A stretch of DNA of 36,998 bases, from contig JACQMJ010000007.1 in the NCBI GenBank assembly GCA_016203665.1, positions 1 through 36,998 of the forward strand, in the 5' to 3' direction. A program made the position numbers and the translations under genes. Every line of letters starts with the position of its first letter. Positions within the stretch are counted from its first letter, which is position 1. Origin of the DNA: Candidatus Sungiibacteriota bacterium (lineage in GTDB: Bacteria; Patescibacteriota; Minisyncoccia; Sungbacterales; SURF-37). Of the stretch, positions 1-8,202 are shown one piece after another. The notes below the pieces were generated by a model. The model was not told the origin of the DNA. It worked only from the letters and a program-made list of their open reading frames with translations, and did not search any database.

Positions 1-2826
1 CAGGCCGTTGGTGAGGGACAGGCCGGCCGCAGTGATCCCGCCCGCATACGTCGAAGTCCCTGTGCCGCGAATGTCGAGCGTCTGGGCAAATACGCCCAGG
101 CCCTTGACCAGGAGGCCGCCGGAGGAAGTGGTGGCTTCGCCGACGCCGAGGCCGGCGGTGAAGTAGCCGGAGCCGACGGTGGAGAAGGTAACTGCCGGAC
201 CGGTTGTGGCGATTCCGATATTGCCGGAGGAATCAATGGTCAGGCGCGGGCTGGCATTGGAGGCGGTGTAGAAGTTTAACGAGGTTGTTGAGAAAAGGCT
301 CTGCGTGATCAAACCCGCGCCTTCAATGGTGGAGGTGCCGTTAGCCAGGAAGGGGCCGCGGACGGTCAAGAGGTGGGAAGGGGCGGTGGTTCCCACACCA
401 AGGTTGCCGGCAGCATCAAGGACCATGCGCGGCGCGACCGTCCCCGAGGTGTAGAAGGCTAGGGAGCCAGTAGCGGAGAGGGAGCCGCCGATGTTGAGCC
501 CGCCAAGGAGCGTGGAGGTGGCGTTGGCTAGGAAGCCGCCGTTGATGGCGAGGAGCGAGCCGGGGGAGGTCGTGCCGATGCCAACGCTTCCGCCGACGGT
601 AGCAAGGAGAGCCGAGGAGGTTGCGGTGAGCGTGCCGCCGAAGAAACCGCTGCCCGCGGTATAGACGTTTCCATGGATCGCGAGGAGCATTGCGGGCGTA
701 GTCGTCCCAATGCCGACATTGCCGGTGGTGTAATAGATGTCATTGCCGGAAGTTGTCCACTGCGAACTTCCCCCGCCGGCGGGACAGCCCTGGCAGGCGC
801 CGAGAATCTCGAGCGAACCGACGCGGAGGTGCTGCTTTATGTCCTCGCTGCCGATATTGGTCGATGTGGCGCCGGCTGATCCGTAAAGGATGGGTCCGGC
901 TACGCCGAGAAGAGCGGCCGGAGAGGAGGTGCCGATGCCGGCACTGCCGCTCGTGAGCGTGAAGCCGGTAAAGGTGGTGGTGCCGGTGAGCGTGCCGCCG
1001 GCCAACGACAGGTAATTCGTTACGGTAATGGAATCAGGGATGTCGGCATCGACGAGATTGAGCTGATTGGTCCCGGTGAGCGTTACGTTCGTTATGTTCG
1101 TGATGTTCTGCGAGTGCGAAAACGCCCGCAAGCTCGCCTTTGAGTCGAGCGCGCTCCACAGATTCGCGATGTCGGTGGTGGCTTTGGAGAGACGGGATTC
1201 CAAAGAGGTGAGAGGCGAGAAGATGGAGGGCAAAGGCGCCGAAACCTCGCGGATGATTTCCCGGACCACGACCGGCGCCGAGGGAGCAGTGCCAGTTGGT
1301 GTAGCCGCTGAGGGAGGGGTCTTGGCAAGGATTTTCGGTGCTGTTTCATTTATTGCCGGCAGCAGTATCGGCGGGTTCGGACTGGTAACCTTTTTGATGT
1401 GGTTGCCGATGAATAGCCGTACGGCGTCAAAGGGGTTTGCGAAGGCGAAAGCGGCGGTGCGGGAAACGGCTGCCGCGCCCGATGCCAGCGATCGGCTGTT
1501 CTCCAACAGCATGGCAACTCTTCCCCGGGGGGTGATGGCTGACGGTGGCGATGCATTTATTCCGTCCATGCGTGTGGCCGGCGGGGCAGAATCAAGGTGG
1601 TGAAAGCTATTTTTAATCATCAGTGAGAGCGTATCATCCGGCTGAAGCCATTGGGTTATTTTCGCGGCGGTTCCACGGAGAATTTGCTCGTATTTTCGGT
1701 CTGAATGGAGGTATACCGGTATACCTCTGGGTAGGGGCGGCGCTGATAATTGAAATTCTGCCGCCATGCGTTTGCGGACGCCTGCGAATACATCCGCGCG
1801 TATGACATCGCGGAGCGGCGTGAACGTGCGGCTGGGCTGGTTGGTGGTGATAGTAACGGCGGCGAACTGCCGGTTGGCCTCGAGGTACGGCGAAACCGCG
1901 CGCCATAGGCGTTCAAACGTAACGGCTTCCGGCGTTATGAATATCTGCGGCGTTTGCGGCGCGGATGCGTCAAACGCAGCGTGCGTCCTGCCCCGAATCG
2001 GAAAAGGCTTAGTAAAATGAAGCGGCAGGGCGATGGCATCGCGAAATATGCCAGCGGGCACCGCCTCGCGGATGGATGACACAAGGGCCATGGGCGGCCG
2101 GAGGCTGATTTCGGGGAAACGCGGCAGCGCCGCAATATGCCGTTCACGCAGTACATCCTTCAGGAATGCGAACGCCTCGCGGGGATTGGGTGTAAATAGC
2201 GGAGGCTGTTCGGCATAAGGAGGCAGGGACAGCGGGCGCCGCTGATTGCGAAAGGAGGCGGCGGCAGTGGCTAGTATCCGATCCCGGATGGAGGTGAATC
2301 CCATTGCCGCCTGACCCCAAAATTGCGTCCCCCAGGATGGTTTTGGGGTTTGCCCATCATTTCCGCCCACAAGGGCGGAGCGTCCGGGCTGCAGCGGGGT
2401 GAGCGCATGGCGCGGCCCCGCGAGAAACGGCTGTCTGAACGCGCCGTCCAGGACAATTCCGGGCAGGCGGATGTCGCGGAGAGCGGGAAGGGCGTCGGCG
2501 AAATAGGGGACGCTCAAAAGCGCCGCCGCAGCGGCGAGTACCGCCGAAATTTTCCATGTCCGCTGGGGTCGCCGCAGGGGCGCCTGCTCCACCGCAAGCT
2601 GTTTGGCGTGGGAGCGGGCACGCCGCTCGGTAACGCATAGCGTCTCCTCGGCAAGGCGAACGATGTATGCGAATTCCTCCGGCGTGTAATACCGCCAGCC
2701 GTATGCATCCCGCCGCGCCGGCGGGATCTTGCCCTCGGTTTCCCAGCGGATGAGGGTGGTTTTCTTCCGCCCCAGCCGCTTCATGAGGTCCGCGAGCTGA
2801 TAAGTTTTCTTTTGGTCGTCCGACAT
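1..2826 (-). CDS. Large membrane-anchored protein, 3' end off window: N-terminal MerR-type HTH, one TM helix, tail-fibre-like Gly/Thr repeat region
   Basis: In plus-strand codon phase 1,4,7... there is no TTA/CTA/TCA from base 1 to 2967, so the minus frame is open. ATG at 2826. Absent from the ORF track because it has no in-window stop. N-terminus MSDDQKKTYQLADLMKRLGRKKTTLIRWETEGKIPPARRDAYGWRYYTPEEFAYIV matches the MerR HTH signature. TM helix WKISAVLAAAAALLSVPYF at 2500-2556, preceded by RRPQRTWK. The distal part has YLSLAGGTLTG and repeats GNVGIGTTTP, GSVGIGTTSP, GNLGVGTTAP, GNIGIATTGP. Confidence 0.75.
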   Translation of the reverse strand, partial: MSDDQKKTYQLADLMKRLGRKKTTLIRWETEGKIPPARRDAYGWRYYTPEEFAYIVRLAEETLCVTERRARSHAKQLAVEQAPLRRPQRTWKISAVLAAAAALLSVPYFADALPALRDIRLPGIVLDGAFRQPFLAGPRHALTPLQPGRSALVGGNDGQTPKPSWGTQFWGQAAMGFTSIRDRILATAAASFRNQRRPLSLPPYAEQPPLFTPNPREAFAFLKDVLRERHIAALPRFPEISLRPPMALVSSIREAVPAGIFRDAIALPLHFTKPFPIRGRTHAAFDASAPQTPQIFITPEAVTFERLWRAVSPYLEANRQFAAVTITTNQPSRTFTPLRDVIRADVFAGVRKRMAAEFQLSAPPLPRGIPVYLHSDRKYEQILRGTAAKITQWLQPDDTLSLMIKNSFHHLDSAPPATRMDGINASPPSAITPRGRVAMLLENSRSLASGAAAVSRTAAFAFANPFDAVRLFIGNHIKKVTSPNPPILLPAINETAPKILAKTPPSAATPTGTAPSAPVVVREIIREVSAPLPSIFSPLTSLESRLSKATTDIANLWSALDSKASLRAFSHSQNITNITNVTLTGTNQLNLVDADIPDSITVTNYLSLAGGTLTGTTTFTGFTLTSGSAGIGTSSPAALLGVAGPILYGSAGATSTNIGSEDIKQHLRVGSLEILGACQGCPAGGGSSQWTTSGNDIYYTTGNVGIGTTTPAMLLAIHGNVYTAGSGFFGGTLTATSSALLATVGGSVGIGTTSPGSLLAINGGFLANATSTLLGGLNIGGSLSATGSLAFYTSGTVAPRMVLDAAGNLGVGTTAPSHLLTVRGPFLANGTSTIEGAGLITQSLFSTTSLNFYTASNASPRLTIDSSGNIGIATTGPAVTFSTVGSGYFTAGLGVGEATTSSGGLLVKGLGVFAQTLDIRGTGTSTYAGGITAAGLSLTNGL
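1708..1727. repeat. 20-bp perfect palindrome GAGGTATACCGGTATACCTC (core GGTATACCGGTATACC), copy inside the large ORF
   Basis: Read directly; it is self-complementary. The 16-bp core is identical to the copy at 2945-2960. Confidence 0.9.
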
Positions 2827-2852
2827 GCGATTACTGTAAAAACGAAAAGCGC

Positions 2853-2928
2853 TCCAGCATGTTTGCTGGAACGCCTTTTTGGTTTTCCCGATTGGATTAG
2901 GGGAAAGGAATTCCAGCATGAATGCTGG
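2853..2928 (-). repeat. Two near-identical short hairpins (CCAGCA-TGNN-TGCTGG) 60 nt apart in the leader of the large ORF
   Basis: TCCAGCA-TGTT-TGCTGGA at 2853-2870 and CCAGCA-TGAA-TGCTGG at 2913-2928. Both lie between the upstream palindrome and the ATG at 2826. Confidence 0.6.
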
Positions 2929-2942
2929 CTTTTCTTTCCCTT

Positions 2943-2962
2943 GTGGTATACCGGTATACCAC
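2943..2962. promoter_or_regulatory. Candidate operator: 20-bp perfect palindrome GTGGTATACCGGTATACCAC, 117 nt upstream of the MerR-fusion start
   Basis: Perfect palindrome in the non-coding region just past the in-frame stop at 2968-2970. The same 16-bp core occurs at 1710-1725. Confidence 0.5.
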
Positions 2963-3084
2963 TTTTTCTATGCTACCATCGCGCGCGGCATTGGCAATAG
3001 AGGTGTGGATAACCCAGCGGCCCCAAATTGGCTCCCCGGGTAAGTCCTGCCGACAGTTTTAAGCCTGTTGCGGCAAGCCCAGAC

Positions 3085-3116
3085 ATATAAAACACCGCCC
3101 CGCGAATGCGGGGCGG
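3085..3116 (-). terminator. Rho-independent terminator of the 3124-3324 gene
   Basis: 9-bp GC stem CCGCCCCGC / GCGGGGCGG with a GAAT loop, followed on the minus strand by TGTTTTATAT. Confidence 0.6.
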
Positions 3117-3123
3117 CGTCCGT

Positions 3124-3324
3124 TCATTTCAGCAAAGCCTTCAGCGATTTTTTGCGCCGGCGCTTCAGGAGCGTGCCGAGCTGCCAGGCGTCATGCCCGG
3201 CGAATGATCGGCGGTAGCGCTTGTGGAGCGTTTTAACTTTGGTATCGCTCCGCTTTTTCCTTAAGCGGCCGCTGGTCTTGTCCCGCGCTCTCCAGCCTTT
3301 CATTTTGGGTGCGTCTTTGACCAT
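3124..3324 (-). CDS. Small highly basic protein (66 aa), function unknown
   Basis: ATG-to-TGA ORF with its own terminator 8 nt downstream. K/R-rich sequence ending SLKALLK. No family assigned. Confidence 0.5.
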   Translation of the reverse strand: MVKDAPKMKGWRARDKTSGRLRKKRSDTKVKTLHKRYRRSFAGHDAWQLGTLLKRRRKKSLKALLK

Positions 3325-3373
3325 ACCATTATAGGCAATTACAGGTAATCACTGGCACCAGTGTATATCGGAT

Positions 3374-3403
3374 TTGACTGCCATGCCAATCTAGCGTGAT
3401 AAT
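3374..3403 (+). promoter_or_regulatory. Sigma70-like promoter candidate (TTGACT, 18-nt spacer, GATAAT)
   Basis: TTGACT at 3374-3379 and GATAAT at 3398-3403, about 48 nt upstream of the ATG at 3451. Confidence 0.4.
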
Positions 3404-3450
3404 ATCCGTAGCTAGTAATGTGGCAAAACTCCAGAAAGGGAGGGGGTGAC

Positions 3451-3912
3451 ATGATGCGTCGCTTGAGCGTACTCGCGCTCGCCGCAGTCCTCCTCGTCGC
3501 CCTTGCTGTGCCCGCCTACGCCGGCGGCCGGCATCGTGGCGGCAACACCGCCACCAACGTGGCGCTCGGGCTCGCGAGCTTCGCGGTGTTCAACCAGCTG
3601 ATGGGCTCCTTCACGGACAACCACCGCGATAACCACCGCTGGCACACCCGGACGTTCGTCTATGAGCAGCAGCCGGTCGTCTTCGCCGCACCGGCGCCGG
3701 TGGCCTACCAGATGGCACCGGTGGTCGTTGCTCCGCCACCGCCACCGCCGCCGCAGACGGTCTACTACCCGCACGGCCGGTACGAGTTCTCCGGAAGCCA
3801 GTGGGTGTGGATTCCGAACGCGCCCGCAGCACCGCCGCCATCGGCCTCCGCGTGCCAGCCGACGGGGAAGTACGTCAAGACCCCGCAGGGCATCTTGCCC
3901 GAGTGCCAGTAA
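3451..3912 (+). CDS. Secreted proline-rich protein with a C-terminal Cys-bracketed GKYVKTPQG loop
   Basis: SD AAAGGGAGGGGG lies 5 nt before the ATG at 3451; the track start 3418 lacks an SD. Signal peptide MMRRLSVLALAAVLLVALAVPAYA, a PPPPPPP run, and C-terminus CQPTGKYVKTPQGILPECQ shared with the 27079-27699 protein. Confidence 0.7.
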   Translation: MMRRLSVLALAAVLLVALAVPAYAGGRHRGGNTATNVALGLASFAVFNQLMGSFTDNHRDNHRWHTRTFVYEQQPVVFAAPAPVAYQMAPVVVAPPPPPPPQTVYYPHGRYEFSGSQWVWIPNAPAAPPPSASACQPTGKYVKTPQGILPECQ

Positions 3913-3926
3913 GGTGCTGCCGCTCA

Positions 3927-3965
3927 CCGGACAGGTTCCGCGCCTGTCCGGCTTTTTGTTGTTTT
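3927..3965 (+). terminator. Rho-independent terminator
   Basis: CCGGACAGG / CCTGTCCGG stem followed by CTTTTTGTTGTTTT. Confidence 0.7.
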
Positions 3966-4044
3966 GTCCGTAAGAATACCGCGCCGCTTGCGGTGCGGTT
4001 GTTCATGTTCTGGCGCACCCGTGGCATACTAAAACCATAATTGT

Positions 4045-4905
4045 ATGCCGAACGGAGTTGCCAGTATCGCCATACTTTTCGCCGCAGCGCTTGTCGTCTG
4101 GGGCTGGACGCGTTTGGTCCGGCGAGCCGGCCGGGCCGAGCGGCGGATTGTCGAATTAGGCGATGAGATAAAGCGCTTGCAGGAAGAAATCGGCCGGCAC
4201 GACGCCGCCAAATCCGAATTTATCGCCATGGCCAGTCATCAGCTGAAAGCTCCGCTCGCCGTGATCCATGAATACGTGCGCCTGTTCCTTGAAGGCGCGC
4301 TTGGACCGGCGACTGCTCTTGCCCGCCAGTCCATGCAGAAAGTATTTGCTGCCTCCGGCCAGCTCCTCGGCACGGTGAGTGAATTTTTTGAACTCGCGCG
4401 CCTTGAGCAGGGACGCCTGGAAGGCGCGGCGGAGCGCGTGGCGCTGGATGCGCTCGCGGCTGGAATCATCCGCTCGTTTGAGCCGCAGGCGCGCGCCAAG
4501 GGCATTCATATCTCATTTGAAAATCGCGGCGCGGATCGCCGCGCCACGAAGGCCGATCCCGTCCGGCTTAATACGGCATTGGCGCATCTCGTTGATAATG
4601 CCGTCCGTTATACCGCCGCCGGACGAGTGCATGTCGAGCTCCTGCCGGAAATCCGCGACAATCGCGGCTGGCTGAAGTTCGCCGTTTCGGATACCGGCAT
4701 CGGCATCCGGCCCTCCGACATCGGTTCGCTCTTCACGAAGTTCGGGCGCACCGAGGAGGCGCGGCGCATCCGGCCGGATGGCCTCGGCCTCGGCCTTTAC
4801 GCCGTAAAGCGCATTATCGAGGAGCACGGCGGCGAAGTCGGCGTCACATCCCCCGGCTTGGGGCAGGGGAGCGTATTCTGGCTGCGCCTGCCTTCAACGC
4901 TTTAA
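4045..4905 (+). CDS. Sensor histidine kinase (HisKA + HATPase_c), N-terminal TM anchor
   Basis: H-box FIAMASHQLKAPL; N/G boxes DNAVRYT, DTGIGI, GLGLGLYAVKRIIEEHGG. Confidence 0.9.
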   Translation: MPNGVASIAILFAAALVVWGWTRLVRRAGRAERRIVELGDEIKRLQEEIGRHDAAKSEFIAMASHQLKAPLAVIHEYVRLFLEGALGPATALARQSMQKVFAASGQLLGTVSEFFELARLEQGRLEGAAERVALDALAAGIIRSFEPQARAKGIHISFENRGADRRATKADPVRLNTALAHLVDNAVRYTAAGRVHVELLPEIRDNRGWLKFAVSDTGIGIRPSDIGSLFTKFGRTEEARRIRPDGLGLGLYAVKRIIEEHGGEVGVTSPGLGQGSVFWLRLPSTL

Positions 4906-4942
4906 TCTCTTTTTGCACCAAAAACGTCGTGCTACACTCGCT

Positions 4943-6370
4943 ATGGCCATGGAGCGGATGCTAACGGCTGAAACGCCGAAGAACATAGGAAAGCGGGTCC
5001 TGGCGGCCGGATGGGTTTCGGTCCGGCGCGATCACGGCAAACTCATTTTCATTGACCTCCGGGATGCCGGGGGGGTTTTACAACTGGTGTTCCGGCCGGA
5101 TAACGAGGCACTCTACACCGAGGCGGAGCGGCTCCGGCCGGAGTGGGTTATCGCGGTGGAAGGTACTCTTCGCGAGCGGCCCAAGGGCATGGAGAACGCC
5201 GATCTTCCGACGGGGGGCATTGAAATGCCGGTGGAGAAACTTGAAGTTCTGAATGAAGCCGAAACCCCGCCCTTCCCGCTCGACACGCCCGGGCTTGACA
5301 TCGAAGAAGAACTGCGCCTCCAGTACCGCTACCTGGATCTCCGTCGGCCGCGCCTGCAGAAAAACATGAGCCTCCGCCATCAGGCGGTGCAGTTCATCCG
5401 CCAACACCTGTCAGAGCGCCGCTTCATTGAAATTGAGACGCCGGTCTTGACCAAGACCACGCCCGAGGGCGCGCGCGATTTTCTCGTGCCGTCGCGCCTG
5501 CAACCGGGGAAGTTTTACGCCCTGCCGCAGTCGCCCCAGCAGTATAAACAGCTTTTGATGGTGGCCGGCTTTGAGCGCTATTTCCAAATTGCGCGCTGTT
5601 TCCGGGATGAAGACCCGCGGGCCGATCGCGCCTACGGCGAATTCACCCAGCTTGATCTTGAGATGTCATTCGTCAGCCAGGAGGACATCCTGCGTCTGGC
5701 CGAAGAGCTCTTCACTAACCTTGCGGCCGAGATATTCCGCGAAAAGCGGATTTCCCAGACGCCCTGGCTGCGCCTCTCCCACCAGGAGGCGATTCAAACG
5801 TACGGCACCGATAAACCGGACCTCCGCCGGGATAAGAACGACCCAAATGAACTCGCCTTCGCTTGGGTGCTTGATTTCCCCCTTTTCAAGGAACAGGAGG
5901 CGGGGGATTTTTTCCACGGTTCAGGCACATCAGCCTTCGCGCCCTCGCACCATATGTTCACAGCACCTCATCCGGATGACGCGGCACTCCTTGATACCGA
6001 TCCGACCAGGGTGCGCGGTCTGCAGCATGATATGGTGTTGAATGGTTTTGAAGTCGGCGGTGGCAGCATACGGATCCACCGCGCCGACGTGCAGGAGAAA
6101 ATTTTCGGCCTCATCGGATTCAGCCAAGAGCAGAAGCGCCAGTTTGCCCATATGTTAAAGGCCTTTAGCTACGGCGTACCGCCGCATGGCGGCATTGCCC
6201 CGGGCATTGACCGTTTCCTCATGGCCGCACTCGGCGAGCCGAGCGTTCGGGAGATGATTGCCTTCCCAGCCTCATCGGGGGGTAAAACGGCCGTCATGGA
6301 TGCGCCTTCTGACGCCAACCCGAAACAGCTCGCCGAACTCGGCCTCGATGTGAAAACTCAAAAACCATGA
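4943..6370 (+). CDS. aspS: Aspartate--tRNA ligase, bacterial type but lacking the GAD insertion domain
   Basis: Class II motifs FYALPQSPQQYKQLLM, FRDEDPRADR, GGGSIRIH, GIDRF. First ATG at 4943; the track start 4913 is TTG. DKPDLRR runs almost directly into WVLDFPLF. Confidence 0.92.
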   Translation: MAMERMLTAETPKNIGKRVLAAGWVSVRRDHGKLIFIDLRDAGGVLQLVFRPDNEALYTEAERLRPEWVIAVEGTLRERPKGMENADLPTGGIEMPVEKLEVLNEAETPPFPLDTPGLDIEEELRLQYRYLDLRRPRLQKNMSLRHQAVQFIRQHLSERRFIEIETPVLTKTTPEGARDFLVPSRLQPGKFYALPQSPQQYKQLLMVAGFERYFQIARCFRDEDPRADRAYGEFTQLDLEMSFVSQEDILRLAEELFTNLAAEIFREKRISQTPWLRLSHQEAIQTYGTDKPDLRRDKNDPNELAFAWVLDFPLFKEQEAGDFFHGSGTSAFAPSHHMFTAPHPDDAALLDTDPTRVRGLQHDMVLNGFEVGGGSIRIHRADVQEKIFGLIGFSQEQKRQFAHMLKAFSYGVPPHGGIAPGIDRFLMAALGEPSVREMIAFPASSGGKTAVMDAPSDANPKQLAELGLDVKTQKP

Positions 6371-6972
6371 AAGCGGGGAAATTGCAGCAAGTCGCCGATT
6401 TTATCTACGAGTGTGGAATCCTAAGCAAGACGCCCCGCTCGGGCTTGTGGTTCCTGGGGACAGGTAACCAGAGTGTTGCCGAGCATTTGCTGCGCACCGC
6501 TTTGATTGGTTATGCGCTCGGCTCGGAAACTCCTGAAGTAGACCCCAAGAAGGTGGTTCTCCTGTGTATTCTCCATGATTTAGGTGAAGCAAGGACTTCA
6601 GATCTGAATTATGTCCACCAGAAATACGGACGCCTTGCTGAAGCTCGGGCCGTCGAAGATATCGCCAGGAGTGTACCATTCGGCGCTGATATCCGCCGCA
6701 ACTATAAAGAGTTTGAGGAAAAGAAAACACTTATAGCGAAGCTCGCTAAAGATGCCGACCAACTTGAGTGGGTTGCGACCCTTCGCGAAGAAGAGGTTAG
6801 GGGTAATACGAAAGCGCGTACCTGGGCCGAGATCGCTTGGAAGCGGTTGAAAACCCCCATCGGTAGGAAGGTCGGGAAGGAGCTCATGCGCATCCATCCA
6901 GATAACTGGTGGTTCAATCGGGAGGATCGATGGTTTGTGGATAGGAAGCAGCGAGATAAAAAATGGCGTTAG
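6367..6972 (+). CDS. HD-domain phosphohydrolase (YfbR-like 5'-nucleotidase family)
   Basis: HLLRTALIGY ... LLCILHDLGEARTSD (H..HD..D pattern). The start overlaps the aspS stop (ATGA). Confidence 0.85.
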   Translation: MKAGKLQQVADFIYECGILSKTPRSGLWFLGTGNQSVAEHLLRTALIGYALGSETPEVDPKKVVLLCILHDLGEARTSDLNYVHQKYGRLAEARAVEDIARSVPFGADIRRNYKEFEEKKTLIAKLAKDADQLEWVATLREEEVRGNTKARTWAEIAWKRLKTPIGRKVGKELMRIHPDNWWFNREDRWFVDRKQRDKKWR

Positions 6973-6976
6973 CGAA

Positions 6977-7750
6977 ATGGCGTACCAGGTCAAGCAGGAA
7001 AAATTCGAAGGTCCGCTCGACCTCCTGCTTGAGCTCATCCAGCAGGAGAAGCTTTCCATCAACGAGATTTCGCTGGCCAAGGTCACGGATGACTTCATTG
7101 GCTACCTGAAGGCACTACAGACCCGCCTGCCGGGTGGGCTGGCCGCGGGCGAGGCCGACCAGCTCGCCCAAATTAAAGAGAGCGAAACTTGGGCGGGTCA
7201 GGAAGTGCTCGCCGAGTTCCTCGTCGTTGCCGCACAGCTCCTCTTGATCAAATCGCGAAGCTTACTGCCGCAGTTTGCGGCGAGTCCTGAAGAGGAGGAA
7301 TCCATTGCCGAGCTTGAGCGGCGCCTGGCCGAGTACCAGCGTTTCAAATCGCTTGCGGTTGAACTCGGCCGTATGGCCAAGGGCGGGCCGAAGTCCTTTT
7401 CCCGCGAGGCCTACGCCGGAACGGCGCCGTTATTCTACCCGCCCAAGCGCTTTAGCATCGCCATGCTGGCCGAAGCTTTTTCGGGCGTCCTGGCCGTGCT
7501 GCCGAAGATAGAGAAGCTCGCGGAGGAAAAAATCCGGAAAATCATTTCGCTTGAGGAGAAAATCCAGGAACTACAGGCCTTTCTGCAGGAGCGCGTTGAG
7601 CGCGCTTTCTCGGAAATCGTTTCCGGGGCCCGTGAGAAGATAGAGGTCATCATTTCGTTCTTGGCGCTCCTTGAGCTCGCCAAGCAGAAGTTCGTCACGG
7701 TCGAACAGCAGCACCGCTTCGGGGACATCAAAATAAGGAGAGCAGCCTAA
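6977..7750 (+). CDS. scpA: Segregation and condensation protein A
   Basis: N-terminus MAYQVKQEKFEGPLDLLLELIQQEKLSINEISLAKVTDDF is the typical ScpA signature. First ATG after the HD gene stop. Confidence 0.88.
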   Translation: MAYQVKQEKFEGPLDLLLELIQQEKLSINEISLAKVTDDFIGYLKALQTRLPGGLAAGEADQLAQIKESETWAGQEVLAEFLVVAAQLLLIKSRSLLPQFAASPEEEESIAELERRLAEYQRFKSLAVELGRMAKGGPKSFSREAYAGTAPLFYPPKRFSIAMLAEAFSGVLAVLPKIEKLAEEKIRKIISLEEKIQELQAFLQERVERAFSEIVSGAREKIEVIISFLALLELAKQKFVTVEQQHRFGDIKIRRAA

Positions 7751-7753
7751 TGC

Positions 7754-8182
7754 ATGCGGCGGAGAAATTTTGAAATCCTTGTTCGGGCTGTAATACTCCA
7801 CCGCGGGAAGATTCTCCTATGCTGGCTTAAGGATTTCTCATTCTACTTTCTGCCGGGCGGGCATGTGGAAAGCGGCGAGAGCGTACGACGCGCTCTAACT
7901 AGAGAGTTACGCGAAGAGCTACGCGCTTCCGTGAGAAGCCAAAAAGTGATCGGCGTAGTGGAGAACATCTGGAAGGACGGCAGAAAGAAACGCCATGAAC
8001 TCAACGTGGTCTCCCTCGTAAAAATCAATCGGCACGATGCCACAACGCCCCTACGTCATATTGAATTTCATTGGATAGAAGTTGCCAAACTCGCCAGAAA
8101 GAGAGTATTACCGTATGCGTTAAAGAAGTCTATTCAGCGGTGGCTGAAGGATCGTAAATTTTTTTGGGCTTGGCAGCGATAG
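7754..8182 (+). CDS. NUDIX hydrolase
   Basis: Nudix box GGHVESGESVRRALTRELREELR. Confidence 0.85.
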   Translation: MRRRNFEILVRAVILHRGKILLCWLKDFSFYFLPGGHVESGESVRRALTRELREELRASVRSQKVIGVVENIWKDGRKKRHELNVVSLVKINRHDATTPLRHIEFHWIEVAKLARKRVLPYALKKSIQRWLKDRKFFWAWQR

Positions 8183-8202
8183 TGAACTACACTCTGTACT
8201 AA

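Noticed and set aside
1067-1603. 178-aa plus-strand ORF, and other 60-90-aa ORFs between 528 and 2708
   Set aside because: All lie inside or antisense to the continuous 2826-nt minus-strand ORF, whose translation has clear domain signatures.
3325-3345. TATAAT hexamer 3 nt upstream of the ATG of the small basic protein, considered as a leaderless promoter
   Set aside because: A 3-nt spacing puts the ATG inside the region that cannot be the +1 position (a 6-8 nt gap is expected). I left it unannotated.
4045-4905. Pairing of the histidine kinase with the response regulator at 26206 as a split two-component system
   Set aside because: They are 21 kb apart on opposite strands, and nothing in the sequence links them. 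I mention it only as an experiment, not as a finding.
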